From Trichoplax sp. H2 (taxonomy: Eukaryota): a stretch of 41,693 nt of DNA. Positions 1 through 12,608 of the stretch are shown piece after piece (positions within the stretch are counted from its first letter, which is position 1; the number at the start of each line of letters is the position of its first letter). Position numbers and translations under genes: made by a program. Location of the stretch: NCBI GenBank assembly GCA_003344405.1, contig NOWV01000124.1:186001-227693 (forward strand). Direction: 5' to 3'. Below the pieces are notes generated by a model. The model searched no databases. It saw only the letters and a list, made by a program, of their open reading frames with translations, and was not told the DNA's origin.

Positions 1-1652
1 TATGATAACTAATATACGGTGGTGGACATACCAAGTTAAGATTAGCAGGTACTGTAAGATATCGACAGTGCGGTGCAATGTCCTTAGTACTGTGGTCAAT
101 TCTATGCCAATCATGATAATGTGTCTAAGGATCGCTTGCATATGTAAGCAAAGCTTGCTCTGTCGATAACAACCGTTATAAGAAAATGGAACTATCAAAA
201 TGGCTGTGTAGAAAACTTTATAAAGATTGTATGTTTATTCAATTTTTATCAGAATATTACATGAAATCAAAATTGAAAGGCCCAGTGGCCACCCTTAGCG
301 ATATAACGAATACTATTTCAAAAATCAACACTCTGTAGAAATGACTACCTTAGAGCTATTCGTTTTACATGAAGAAATCTTTAGGTAAAAAGTACTATAA
401 GAATCTTATACTGACCTATTGAAATCAACCCATATTCAGAGTCATCTAACAGTAGTATAAATACCCCCGCCCTGCTCGTTTCAAGGGAGGGCGGGTGCGA
501 ATAGTAGTTGCTCAAGCATGGTGCAAGACTCTTATAGTGAAGAATAGTCTAATATATTCAGTTATCTGCGGAGTTCAGTTGGGAAATCAAGTTGGCGTAT
601 ATCACTAACATAGAAACTGGAGATACTGGGAGAAGTAACTCGAGCTATTATAGTTGCACGAGAGATTCTTTACTTTGTTAATAAACGTTTCATTTGTCGC
701 CAAGAGAGCGTTGTGATGGAAGGTCACGTTCAATAATTATTGCGAAATAATTTCAATACAGATATTAATTGAAGACAGTTAAGTCAATTTATTCGCTAAT
801 GTTTAATTTTTCTAAGAAATTTAGATTGCTGCACCAAAATTCAATTTTTATCTCAATTATGTCGTCTAAATTAAATTACGCGTATTATCGATAAATTACA
901 ATTATTAATCTATGTGACAATACAAAAACTATATAAAAAGACAATGTTTTAACCTTTAGTAGGTCATGAACTATTAGAATACCAGGTATATTTCTAGTGA
1001 TCCATGAGTAGATGTACCAGTTGTAGCAATCTTCTATAGTATATTACAGTTACAGTAGGCAATATCTTTGCTACTTTTTATAATACTGTATCCCAGTATC
1101 CAAACTACTAGGAAAATTCCTACAGGGCTCCGGCTATACTACTACGAGACCCACATATATGATTCTATTAATACAATTTACTTTTATTTAAAGTTACCGA
1201 TTCTCGATTCCAATACTTTTGACCTTCCAACTTATTCTAAAGTGTCTCAACTTGCAACTTACGCTCTTACGCTTTAGCATGACTGTCACTCGTCTACAGA
1301 TCAACTAACTACTAAACCTAAAGTTACATGATATTATATACAGTAGTGTACTACAGATCGTAATCCTACATGCAATCGGGATCGCTACAATTCTTATTAT
1401 TGTACTACTCGTATATCCTTCTGGCATACCATCCGATTAGTAATGCGAGTATAATCACATTCATACTCACTTTTCAGTGTGTAATAGGGTTACTATAACA
1501 ATCGTAAACAATCTTAGCATTATGGTAGTATACCAGAAAAGCATATAATTAACTAAAGTACACTATACTACTAAACACGCACACTTCTTTCTCTAGTTAT
1601 TACTTCATATTTAGCCATTAATTTTATATTGAGCTAGAAATCTAATCTAGTA

Positions 1653-2669
1653 TTAATAATTGTACATCGTTGCGGATACTAGAATGGATCGTCGGCGATA
1701 TTCGGTAGCGGTCTTTCGTGTGATACACTTTTGTAGGTAATACCGAGATTTCTTCTTAATATTATAATCAAATTTCAGATATAAAAATGGATTTATCACG
1801 GAAATACCAACCGTTGTGGAATATGACACAAATGCAAGCACATAATATACCATATTTTCATCTCCCATCTGTCGTAGTGATTTTTTTGTTATGGCTATAG
1901 CTATTCCTGTTGCAAAGTATGGCCATGTTATCAATAAATAAGATGCAGCAGTGGCAATCAAAACTTGATTAAATTTTTTTTTTTTCATGTGCAAATTAAT
2001 TCTAGTGTGGATTGAAATATTTCCAGGTCTAACATAGTTATATTGATGCTTGAATATGGTGCCATACATAAATAATAAAATACCAGTAGGTATAAAGTAA
2101 ATTATGATAATATTGACGATGAGGGATGCTATCGTGAAAGAGTTGATATGGATCATATCGCATACGACCGTTTCATCTGGATAGACGTCGACGTAAAATA
2201 TTGTTGGAATATTAAAAATGATAGAAAGTATTAAGGCAAATGTTACCATTGATATTAATAGGTTTCGCCTATGTTTCGAATAGAACCTTAAAAATGGTTT
2301 AATAATCACAAAATATCGATCAATACTGATTATGCATAAAGTAAATATGGAAAGAGTGTAAGAAGATTGGATAATATAGAAAAATATTCGGCACATATAC
2401 GATCCTAGGGTATAGTCAATATGCGCCATAGCGGCGATGGAAAATGATGTAGTACCTATCAATGTAGCTATGATATTCGAAACGAGAGAAATACGAATTA
2501 AATAATATGGAGTTTTATAAAAAAAATTATCATTAACGATGACATAAAGTACGAAGACATTAACAATAAATCCTATAAATAAAACAGGAATAGATGCAGC
2601 AGAAGCATAGACGCTAATAACACTGTAATATTTTTTTTCTTGATTAGAAATGTTGCCGGAGATATTCAT
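1653..2669 (-). CDS. Class A (rhodopsin-like) G-protein-coupled receptor, intronless, orphan
   Basis: 338-aa ORF with seven hydrophobic segments, TM3 C...SIDRY, ECL2 Cys (VVCD), TM5 Pro (YFIP), TM6 TWPY, TM7 NPFLY, and N-terminal N-glycosylation sequons (NIS). Confidence 0.93.
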   Translation of the reverse strand: MNISGNISNQEKKYYSVISVYASAASIPVLFIGFIVNVFVLYVIVNDNFFYKTPYYLIRISLVSNIIATLIGTTSFSIAAMAHIDYTLGSYMCRIFFYIIQSSYTLSIFTLCIISIDRYFVIIKPFLRFYSKHRRNLLISMVTFALILSIIFNIPTIFYVDVYPDETVVCDMIHINSFTIASLIVNIIIIYFIPTGILLFMYGTIFKHQYNYVRPGNISIHTRINLHMKKKKFNQVLIATAASYLLITWPYFATGIAIAITKKSLRQMGDENMVYYVLAFVSYSTTVGISVINPFLYLKFDYNIKKKSRYYLQKCITRKTATEYRRRSILVSATMYNY

Positions 2670-5600
2670 GACTCAATTCTTGCGGCGCCAACAGAATGTA
2701 AAACACAATCCTATTTGTAAATCATACAACCAAAAATCACTAAGTGAAGATTGTTTAAATCGTAACACAATATTATTTAATTTCAATCTAAAATGCAAGC
2801 AACTTCGATTGGAAACAAAGAGCTTCTATTGTTTACAGTTTTGCTATTTAAACTTTTTAACTTCAATCTTTTATTGCTTTGATAATATATTATATATGAA
2901 GAGCAGACCAAAAATAAAGATATTAAATTTAGAGCTTGAGCTCTCGATTCTGGAATAAATTACTAGAGAATTGCTTCATCTCTTTGTTTGCACAAATATT
3001 ATTAATGCCCACTTTAAATATTGGTTTGACGCCGCCAGTAATGTACATGTTACTGTATAATATCTAGTTTATTTATGGACGATGTGAATGTACGTAGTTG
3101 TTTATGTAGGACTATTTTACACAATTACATAATCAATCAGGTATGTAATATTTCTACAAGGCTTTTTAATTAGCTTATTGTCTGTAATATCATTAACTTG
3201 AAAGCAAATATGGTTGCATTCGCGGCTCAGGCCGGAAAGTAACAATTGAGTACATTAGCACCAACGACATGTAATCATAATAATGAAGCGGTTCACTAGC
3301 ATTTATCTTGAATCTAAACAATCTCAAAGTTTTTCGCATTACCACGATCAAGTCAGTTTAATTGAATATGTTTAAGGCATCTCAGATTGTTACCGAACCG
3401 ATAAGATCATTTGAGCAGGTAATAACTAAACTCCAATATCGAATTATTTGATATACTTAAAACTTAAATTTTGTTACACTAAACGGCATTTAAGGATAGT
3501 AATAAGAATAATGCATTCATGTCTACAATAGTATTTCAACGAGAGAATAAAAGTTTGCTTCAAATTTATTTGCATATTAATTTAATTTAAATTGCGATTT
3601 TTGTTGAATCTGGTGATAATTTTTATCAAATACATAGTCATATCGTCAACAGTAACAGAATTTGCTCAAAGAAGAGTTCTTAGTATCGAATAGATATTGG
3701 AAATATCAGCTTGTTAAATATTCAAGGATAGCTTTCACAACAAAGCTGAATTTGATCTTGATATTGGTTGACTAGCAATGATTGATATGATGCGTTCGAA
3801 AGTATATTACGGTAGTGATGCCATAATATTGTTAAGTAGATAGAGCTACGATACTCGTTCAACACTAGGATCTCGAAGTACTGTTTTAGACAAGAAAAAC
3901 AGAAAAGTAGAATAGTGTAGGAGAGAATCTGCTTGTATGCTAACAAGTTTTATGAACTCTTTTTAATTAGGAATGCTGATAGCAAACGTAATTTATTCTT
4001 GTGAAAGATTTTTCTACGGAACTAGAATTTTTTCACGAAATATAGTGCAGCTGTATTTAGGGAATAATAGTCATAGCGGTGGCTTTTGACTTTGTATCTA
4101 AATTATAAGAAACTTTTAATCGTTGCCAAGCTGGGTACTAACAATTAATAATAACTAAGTATAATTTAATTATACATTCCATATCAACTTCTACACGTAT
4201 CTAATAAATGTAAAGAGTTCATAGGTAATTAATTACTGCAACAATATCATCATATTTCTGAATAGAAATAGCTAGTATGCAGTTATATTACTAGAAACGA
4301 ACTCGCACTATCTCAAATTCTAAGGTTGTAACCTATAACCGTTACCTAAGAGTAAAGAATAAAGGAAATCTCTAATTATTTCTAAACAAAATGTAAGTTT
4401 ACAATAAAAATACTTTCAGTTCGTTAGTATCACTGCGGCTTTTATTATTAATTGTTTTATTGTAAATGAATTTATAAATAAATACCAAAAACAGATTGTT
4501 AGCTTGCCATGCTCAAACCGCAATAATAAGTTTCAGTCTGCAGATTGTTGGTTATGGAAGTTCGTAAATAATTAAAATATTTTCTATTTATAGAGAATGA
4601 AATATAAAGAATTTGCTATTGAGAGTCACCGATAAAAATAAATTTTGCCGCAGACATAATATATCTGACGCTACGGAAACTGCATCTGCTGACTTCTATT
4701 TTTGAATCATATATGTATTTAGCTCGTTTCATTCATAGGTTGCTAATATATTTTTTGAAATTCTGCATTATTGCGCTCATAACTAATTTACTACACTAAT
4801 TGCATCATAAAATTTAAATTAACCCAGAATATTATCGGAAATGTTTGTGTTTTGTTTTATAGAAACATATCAAATATGCTGCTTCGTACTTTAATAACTC
4901 TAAAACTTGAATCTCATTTGGAGCATATGTTGTGCTTCTGCTGGAACTGCTTAAAGTGTTGTATATATTTTTCGCTAGCAATATGATAAAATAAACTCTA
5001 CATTCCGCCGACGCATTTAAAAATGTGAATAGCTAGATATTCAAATCTGGAACAATAGATGCCATATGAAGGTTAATTAAATTCAATCTCACCATTGTTA
5101 ATATCTAATTTTAAATACCCTCATTTATTCTTAGCTAAGGCATAGACTAAAAAATATGTTAGTAGACCATAGCTATAGCAAAATTTGCATGGCTTTAATT
5201 ATAAACTTCCTTCACCGTACGATCATTGACAATAACTTGTTACATAAGAGTAAGATATTCGCTTCGATGAAGAAAAAGGCTTCTAGCAGATTTTTATGAA
5301 TGACTGTTATATGAATTAAGACTCTAAACTGATAATTAAAACTCAAAGTGACAACGACGAATTCTCATCATTTTCATTGAATATTTATGTTTTGGTAAGA
5401 AAATAATTGGGAGTTTTTTCCATTTGCTCAATACTGAATTATGATTGCAGGTTACAGTATTACAATTATCTTTTTCTAACATACGTTTATTTCACAGTTT
5501 ACAGTTAAATGAATTTTTTACGAAATATCAATTTAAAATTTCTATATTACCCATTGTATTTACTAGAAATGCGTGAAAATATATCGTTGTTAATTTATAA

Positions 5601-6836
5601 TTATTATCACGACTATATTATAATAGACAGTTGCATTCTTACAATCAATCGTTTTATCTTGATTTACTAAAAACTGGTTCGGTTTCTATTGTGCACCACA
5701 ATATTAAGATAAAGATAGATATTTATTACTACTACTGGGATAGGCATCTCGAATTTTTTGTTCTGTCTGATGATATCCTGAAGTTAATAGCAATTAACGG
5801 TGATAAGTATTTGATTTGTGCGATAACTATCAGTTTCTACTCAATTATGATAAGGCAACGAAAAAATCGTTAGCTTTTTAACTTATATATAAAGTTATGT
5901 TCCTAAATTGTAAAAGTAATCAAAAAATCGCTTAACACAGTACTCGTAGTGCAACAAGTAGAATAATGTTATGTATATAGATTGCTAGTAAATATTTAAT
6001 GCATTTCCGGTAAAGGAAAGTGAATTAGGCAGATACTTAATTTATAGGAATGCTCAAAAGTCAGATCGTGTTCTGATCATGGTTGATTAATCTCCTGTTA
6101 TATGGATGCTTAACGTATACTAAAGTAGAGTTTAAAGTTACACTAACTTAGATCTAAAAGCATACGGTACAGCTGACAAAGTTTATTAGTGTTCAGATTT
6201 CTTTAAGCACTCTGTAGCAGCTAGCAGATCTAGTTAGAAAATATAAAAATAGGTTACTTTTTATAGTAAAGAGAGTTCTAGAATTGATCCTAGAAAAGAC
6301 AAGTGTCAGTGCTTTACCGCTGTTGGAGGTAGTAGCTGTCTTACAAGAGTGGTTGTAACATGGCTACAAATATAGAATAGAAAATACTGTAGGATCCGTC
6401 TCAAATAGCCTAAAAAGCTCCTCTTAAAGTTTAAATTTCTTAAAAATAGCTCAATTATTCAATATCAAAGTAAGATATGGTATAAAAGATTGATCGCACA
6501 TTTAAAAGGGCTAAAATATATCAATTATGCGGAACAGAAATCATTTGATTTAAGAAATACGTTACAACAGGAAAGTATCACACACTTTCGTATTTTATAA
6601 TAACTAGTACAAACTCACGTCACTTTGCAGACGGTTTACGATAATGCACCCATTTATTAATAATTAACAGATAGTATTACCGTTGCCATTCGACATTATA
6701 TATAATATATCCCGTCAATAGCCAGGCACTACTATATTCACAGCTATGCTTCTAGAATACTACTTTTCGATAATGCATTCACGGATGAAATGCTATGAAA
6801 TGCTATATTAAGATTAGTTAATGATACAAAGCACAT

Positions 6837-6900
6837 TATGATAACTAATGTACGTTGATGGACATACCAAGTTAAGATTAGCAGGTGCTGTAAGATATCT
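6837..6900 (+). repeat. Dispersed direct repeat of window positions 1-63
   Basis: tatgataactaatRtacgKtgRtggacataccaagttaagattagcaggtRctgtaagatatc occurs at both 1-63 and 6837-6899 with about 4 mismatches. Confidence 0.85.
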
Positions 6901-7544
6901 ATACTGCGATACAACATCCTGTTAAAATTAAAAAGTTATTCCAGATTTACCTTACTGGGCAGTACTAGTTTACTATAGCTAAGTTTATTACATAAGAGAC
7001 GGCTAAAACGCTTAACATCAATTACTCCTTCTGATATAGAGGCACTGTAATAAGCATGAATTAGAGAAAACAATTTCCGAAAACGCGATGATGAATTAAT
7101 CGACGCTATGATAAGCGCTTTCAAGCTAAAACCAAAGATCTTTGCTACAAAATATATTATAATTCGCGTAAACTGAAAAAATAACAGTTACAATCAATAT
7201 CTATTTATAATGTGGAAGGTAGAATAGCGGTGTTAGTAAGCCCTACAGAAATTATCGCTAATGGAGACTGATTTTAATGAAATCTTAAAATAGAAATGAT
7301 ACTATTACAAAATAATAAAGATTAATGACATACGGTATGAATGTGATAGAGTAAATATATCATCATAGTATCTCCTACTGTAATGCCTGAAAAATTTTAA
7401 AGGTAGTTTATTCAATGTATTCAAATTATTCTACGTATGGATGGTACAATTCAAAATTTGTAACGAAAAAAAATATTACTATTACAGAATATTAACACCA
7501 TGAGCTCACTTTCAGGTTTGTCCTCCCTGATATCTACCTACATT

Positions 7545-9076
7545 ACGATTCTAAATACTGAACAGTAACACGTATAACATCATAGGTAACGGTATTTCAA
7601 CAAATATCAAAGCATATTATCTGACGAAAATAAGGTAACAATTAGCTAGAGTAAGTCTTTATGAGACAATCAGTGATAATAGTCCCTTGTGAAATCATCA
7701 TCATAATTTTAAGTTAAATACTTTTATCACTATGATATTGTAGCTATTTTGATAGCAATTTCAAAAAATGAAATTATATTATATTAACTTTGTCTCTTTT
7801 TACCTGGTTTAACATTTACTATTGTAAGTAAGATAGCTAAATGGAACGACGCAAATTCTTGTTACTGAGCTTCATATAAATTTATATATCTAATGTATTG
7901 ATTTCTTTAATATTTAGTAGTTTATAGCGTTAGATTGTCTTAAAACCTATGTCTAATTTACTTTTAAGTACAATTTGAGTAATTAGCTACACTTTAATAG
8001 ACAAGGAATTTTAATAANNNNNNNNNNNNNNNNNNNNACGATTCTAAATACTGAACAGTAACACGTATAACATCATAGGTAACGGTATTTCAACAAATAT
8101 CAAAGCATATTATCTGACGAAAATAAGGTAACAATTAGCTAGAGTAAGTCTTTATGAGACAATCAGTGATAATAGTCCCTTGTGAAATCATCATCATAAT
8201 TTTAAGTAAAATACTTTTATCACTATGATATTGTAGCTATTTTGATAGCAATTTCAAAAAATAAAATTATATTGATGTTGTCGTAGTAACTTTGTGTTTG
8301 AACAGGATAAATTATTGTTTTATTTTTAGTAAAGTTTATTGTCAAGCAATCATCACCAGGTAAGTATCACTAAGGACAAATTTATCGAATTATTCATCAA
8401 AGTAATAAATAGTTTTTTCTATTTTCATTATTTTAGCCGAACAGGTTTATTCATTATAATTCTCCCGGTGAAAGATATTCTGCTCTGAACTTAATTTTAT
8501 TATTGCTAGCCCAGAAAAAAATTAAAGTAGGGTAGCGTAATTTCGATATAATTTCACAGAATTTATTTATTTTCAGCCAATAATGAAATTTTTCCAGGTG
8601 CCTTTATGCTATTTAAACGTGGCCATTTAGTTTTAAAATCCTACATAACGTTTATTAGCTTATAACTACTTTTCCACGAGATTTATATAACGATTAGAAA
8701 GCTTAACGGCATTTACTGAGCAACTTACTGCAAAAAGGATGGCAGTAAAATGGTTTATTGTGTTGTTCTGTATCTTACTGATTTCTTGAAATATAAAATA
8801 ATTTCTTGTGCATAAGAACGCAATAATTGCTCGTTTTATTTATTAACTTTGTCTCTTTTTACCTGGTTTAACATTTACTATTGTAAGTAAGATAGCTAAA
8901 TGGAACGACACAAATTCTTGTTACTGAGCTTCATATAAATTTATATATCTAAAGTATTGATTTCTTTAATATTTAGTAGTTTATAGCGTTAGATTGTCTT
9001 AAAACCTATGTCTAATTTACTTTTAAGTACAATTTGAGTAATTAGCTACACTTTAATAGACAAGGAATTTTAATAA
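7545..9076. other. Assembly gap (20 N, 8018-8037) flanked by near-identical duplicated sequence; probably two uncollapsed haplotypes differing by a 567-bp indel
   Basis: 7545-7780 matches 8038-8273 and 7782-8017 matches 8841-9076, with only a few SNPs. 8274-8840 is present only in the right-hand copy. Confidence 0.85.
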
Positions 9077-9255
9077 CTCCCATCTCTTAGCTAGTAAGAG
9101 ATTATACAGCTTCTACGTGGGACCGCGACTACTTGATCAATTTTACCAGTTAGCTTGATGGATGATTCCTGAACATGAATTTCATCGTGCCATTCCATGT
9201 AAAAAGCGTTCAAGGATAGGTTACAGAAAGGAAATTAAACTCTATCTCTTATCGA

Positions 9256-9867
9256 TCATGAAATAAACCACACGTAAGCTTTTATAAAATAAAATTGTAA
9301 AATTCCAATAATTATTCCACAGATCACATCACTAATATGATGTCTTCCTGATAGTATACGTGAAACAGAGAGTAAAAGTGCCCATAAAACAATCATCACC
9401 TTGTTCATGACAGTAATAAACGAATATTGAAGGAATATACAAGCCATAAGCGATGCTCTTGTAGCATGACCAGAAGGAAATGAATGTCGATCGACATAAC
9501 CAGTTAGGTACATATCATTCCTATTGGTAGCTGGTCTACTACGGCGAAATGTTGCCTTCAAGACAATAATGACTAAAATATCGACCCACCAAGCAGTCAT
9601 AATATTCTGATAGAATGGTTTCATGATTGGATCACGCCAAGAATGATAGAGGAGAGCAGTTACAGCCAGCAGCCAGAGCACGCCATGCCCAGAATATTCC
9701 CACAGTAGTAACACCTTTCTAGTATGGCTACCGGTGAAAAATCCAACATCCCTTTCTGAGCAAATACATAATTTCTTGGAAAATTGACGATCATAATCAA
9801 TAATCTGATGAAAGATTGAATTTTGGCTATTTCCCTTCATCTTTGATTCGGAGGGAGTTTTCGCCAT
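9256..9867 (-). CDS. PAP2-family lipid phosphate phosphatase, PLPP6/PPAPDC2 (polyisoprenoid diphosphate phosphatase)-like, copy A
   Basis: 203 aa with intact catalytic motifs C1 KATFRRSRP, C2 SFPSGH and C3 SRILSGRHHISD, plus the PLPP6/7-type EYSGHGVLW motif and TM segments. Confidence 0.92.
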   Translation of the reverse strand: MAKTPSESKMKGNSQNSIFHQIIDYDRQFSKKLCICSERDVGFFTGSHTRKVLLLWEYSGHGVLWLLAVTALLYHSWRDPIMKPFYQNIMTAWWVDILVIIVLKATFRRSRPATNRNDMYLTGYVDRHSFPSGHATRASLMACIFLQYSFITVMNKVMIVLWALLLSVSRILSGRHHISDVICGIIIGILQFYFIKAYVWFIS

Positions 9868-11362
9868 GTTGGCGTATTACAATACAGCTTGCTTTACCGA
9901 TGTTTAAAATTTCAGTAAGGCTTTCTTAACTTGTTAATGATCTACGTGTAAACGTGGGGTTCAATAATGTTAAAATGATATCAAAATTGGCTAAGAAATT
10001 AATCCCTGATCAGCAACTTCAAAAGCTCTATCAATGTCAACCTATCACTCCACTGAAGTAAGACAATGTTGATATCATAGCTTGTACACCATAGGATAAA
10101 GACTAACTAGCTTTCCTGAGTCTATTACTTTGCTAAGTCTACACTTTAGGACTACTTTAATTTGAAGTGGACGTGGCCAATCTCTTCACTATAACCTGAA
10201 ATTATGGTTTCCAATCAGCATCTCCTTGAAGCTTTTACTCTACTCTTAAATCAGCCAGGACTAGACCGTTCAAATTGGATCTCGATGGCAGTAGCCTCTA
10301 CAACGCATACTCAAAACTAAATCAATTAATTCATGGCATCTTATTTACATAATTGCCTATAGGCAGTTAAGGTTTCCAAAGCATTTCTATGTATTACAAC
10401 GGATGTAAAGACTACACAGAAGCTGCTCTTATATTACCAGGCTGTAACGACTTTAAACACATATATATCTTGGTGTTGGATAGAAAGTTGACGTTGACTT
10501 TATCCATTTCCGAGGCATGCTATCTATTGCTGATCTGAGAAATAAATCGTAATATTTTCTTCAAGGTGAGCAGTTCGAGAATAGAAAGGTAAAGTTTGAA
10601 GGAGAATAAAACATCTTTATGTCTTTATATGCAATGAGATTCTTGCTTTTAGCAACTCGTTATATTTTGGCTACGAAAACTGCAGTAAACATTCCACTAT
10701 TACTACCATATTAAAATTACTGTAGGATATTGAATAAAACTTTGATCTACAAACTGCAATCATTGCGTGCTTATTTCTCCTTGCTAAAGAAATCACCGTC
10801 AAGCTGAGGCAGGATTAAATATCCAGTGTTACGAAGCTTGATGCACTGTGATAAGTGGCTAGAAGTACAGTTGCTGATGATTATTAATTTTTAATCGCAT
10901 TTCCACTGAAGCTACGCTAGAGTTCACTAGTACTAAGTTGTAACAGTTATTAATAAAATATTTAATAACCTAAACTTATCGCTGGACTCCATTTCTATAG
11001 TATAGGAATAAGTTAGTTTTCCTTTACTGATCTCCGGAGTTAGTCGGGAACCTGAAGAGTAGATAGTTTAGTTCAGGAACGATCACGAAAGCGGTTTTGT
11101 GACACCAGTCATATAAGAAGCCGTATCAACACAAGCTTTCTAGATTGGAAATCCCTTTGCCTACTCTAGCTTAGAGACAGCGAATTAGATATATTTCATC
11201 GTTTTATTGTCATACTTCACAAAATTATTTCTTGACGTTATACCAGCGATTGCAAAGCTTACTTGAAGTCCATCTTAGACCAATCAGCATTCCTAATTTA
11301 TCTTCCTTTTGATGCATTTCATCAAGTTGTCCATAGAGTGAAGAATAGCCTATAAGATTGTC

Positions 11363-12058
11363 ATGAGAAAGAGCAACAGATCTACACGGGGGAATGCTCA
11401 ATCTAATGTAAAGTTACAGGATCCGTCCACGATATCGAAGTCAGCCAACCGTTCCCACTCTGCCACTAGAGATGGAGCAAGCAATAGCCTATTAGGAGTA
11501 GTTGTCAGCTCAATCATCTCACTTGATGAGCAATTATCCAATAAATTGTTTATTTCTTCTGGAAAAGACATTGGATTTCTTTCAGGAAGTCTGATAAGAA
11601 AATTTCTGCTTTGGTGTGAATATTCCGGCCATGAAATCCTGTGGTTTATGCTGATATCTCTTTCGCTATGGTTATACCGTCATGATCCTGTTTCATTATC
11701 TTTCAATTTGAATCTTGCCATAGCTTTCGTTTTAGATATTATCATTGTTGTCTGCTTGAAAATGTTATTTCAAAGGCGAAGACCCGAAGCAAATAAGATC
11801 GATATGTATGTTCTAGCGTCGGTAGATCACTATTCTTTTCCATCTGGGCATGCAAGTAGAATAACAGCCTTAGCATGTATATTACTGCACCATCCAGTTC
11901 TACACAACGGTTATAAAATTTATGTATTAGCATGGGTTATTATTGTCTCTTTGTCACGTACGTTAGCTGGAAGACATTTCCTTGGCGATGTTCTATGTGG
12001 TAACTTGATAGGATTACTAGAACATTACTTCACCCAATCATTCCTATGGATTAGTTAG
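11363..12058 (+). CDS. PAP2-family lipid phosphate phosphatase, PLPP6-like, copy B (divergently oriented paralog)
   Basis: 231 aa with C1 KMLFQRRRP, C2 SFPSGH, C3 SRTLAGRHFLGD and EYSGHEILW. Colinear with copy A. Confidence 0.92.
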   Translation: MRKSNRSTRGNAQSNVKLQDPSTISKSANRSHSATRDGASNSLLGVVVSSIISLDEQLSNKLFISSGKDIGFLSGSLIRKFLLWCEYSGHEILWFMLISLSLWLYRHDPVSLSFNLNLAIAFVLDIIIVVCLKMLFQRRRPEANKIDMYVLASVDHYSFPSGHASRITALACILLHHPVLHNGYKIYVLAWVIIVSLSRTLAGRHFLGDVLCGNLIGLLEHYFTQSFLWIS

Positions 12059-12608
12059 CGTTAAAATGGAGATCAATAATAATAATTTGAAACAAGACGA
12101 TTAGCATCAAGATTTGCATTGGAGGTTATACTTGTGCAGAAGCTTTAAGAGGGTATTAGCAGTATTCAACGCTAATGCACAAATATTTTCCTTGGCGATA
12201 TTCTATGTGGTAACTTGACAGGATTGCTAGAACATTACCTCACCAAATCATTCCTATGGATTAGTTAGCGTTAAAGTGGAGATCAATAATACTAATTTGA
12301 AGCAAAACGATTAAAATCAAGATTTGCATTGGAGATTATACTCGTGCAGAAGCTTTAAGAGGGCACCGGCAGTATTCAACGCTAATGCATAAGTATTTTC
12401 CTTGGTGATGTTCTATGTGGTAACTTGATAGGATTGCTAGAACATTACCTCACCAAATTATTCCTATGGATTAGTTAGCGTTAAAGTGGAGATCCATAAG
12501 ACTAATTTGAAGCAAGACGATTAGCATCAAGATTTTCATTAGAGGCTATACTTGTGTCTAAACTTTAAGAGGGCATCATCAACATTCAGCGCTAATGCAT
12601 AAGTATTT
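11977..12608 (+). repeat. 3 x 210-bp tandem repeat made of the last ~27 codons and 3' flank of PAP2 copy B
   Basis: tttccttggYgatRttctatgtggtaacttga... starts at 11977, 12187 and 12397. The units are highly similar. Confidence 0.95.

Larger units (their letters stand above)
1..7515 (+). pseudogene. Scattered decayed exons of a multidomain extracellular/receptor gene (LDLa-like, F5/8 type C-like, possible CUB/Ig)
   Basis: Hand translation: 655-722 CTRDSLLC**TFHLSPRERCDG followed by a GT donor (LDLa-like); 3748-3885 EFDLDIG*LAMIDMMRSKV then a frameshift to IVK*IELRYSFN (discoidin-like IDLG...L.YS); 7454-7515 is homologous to the exon at 40971-41048. In-frame stops and frameshifts occur throughout. 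Confidence 0.4.

Noticed and set aside
7545-9076. Genuine tandem duplication or LTR pair
   Set aside because: The copies are almost identical, abut an N gap exactly and lack LTR hallmarks. Uncollapsed alleles explain them better.
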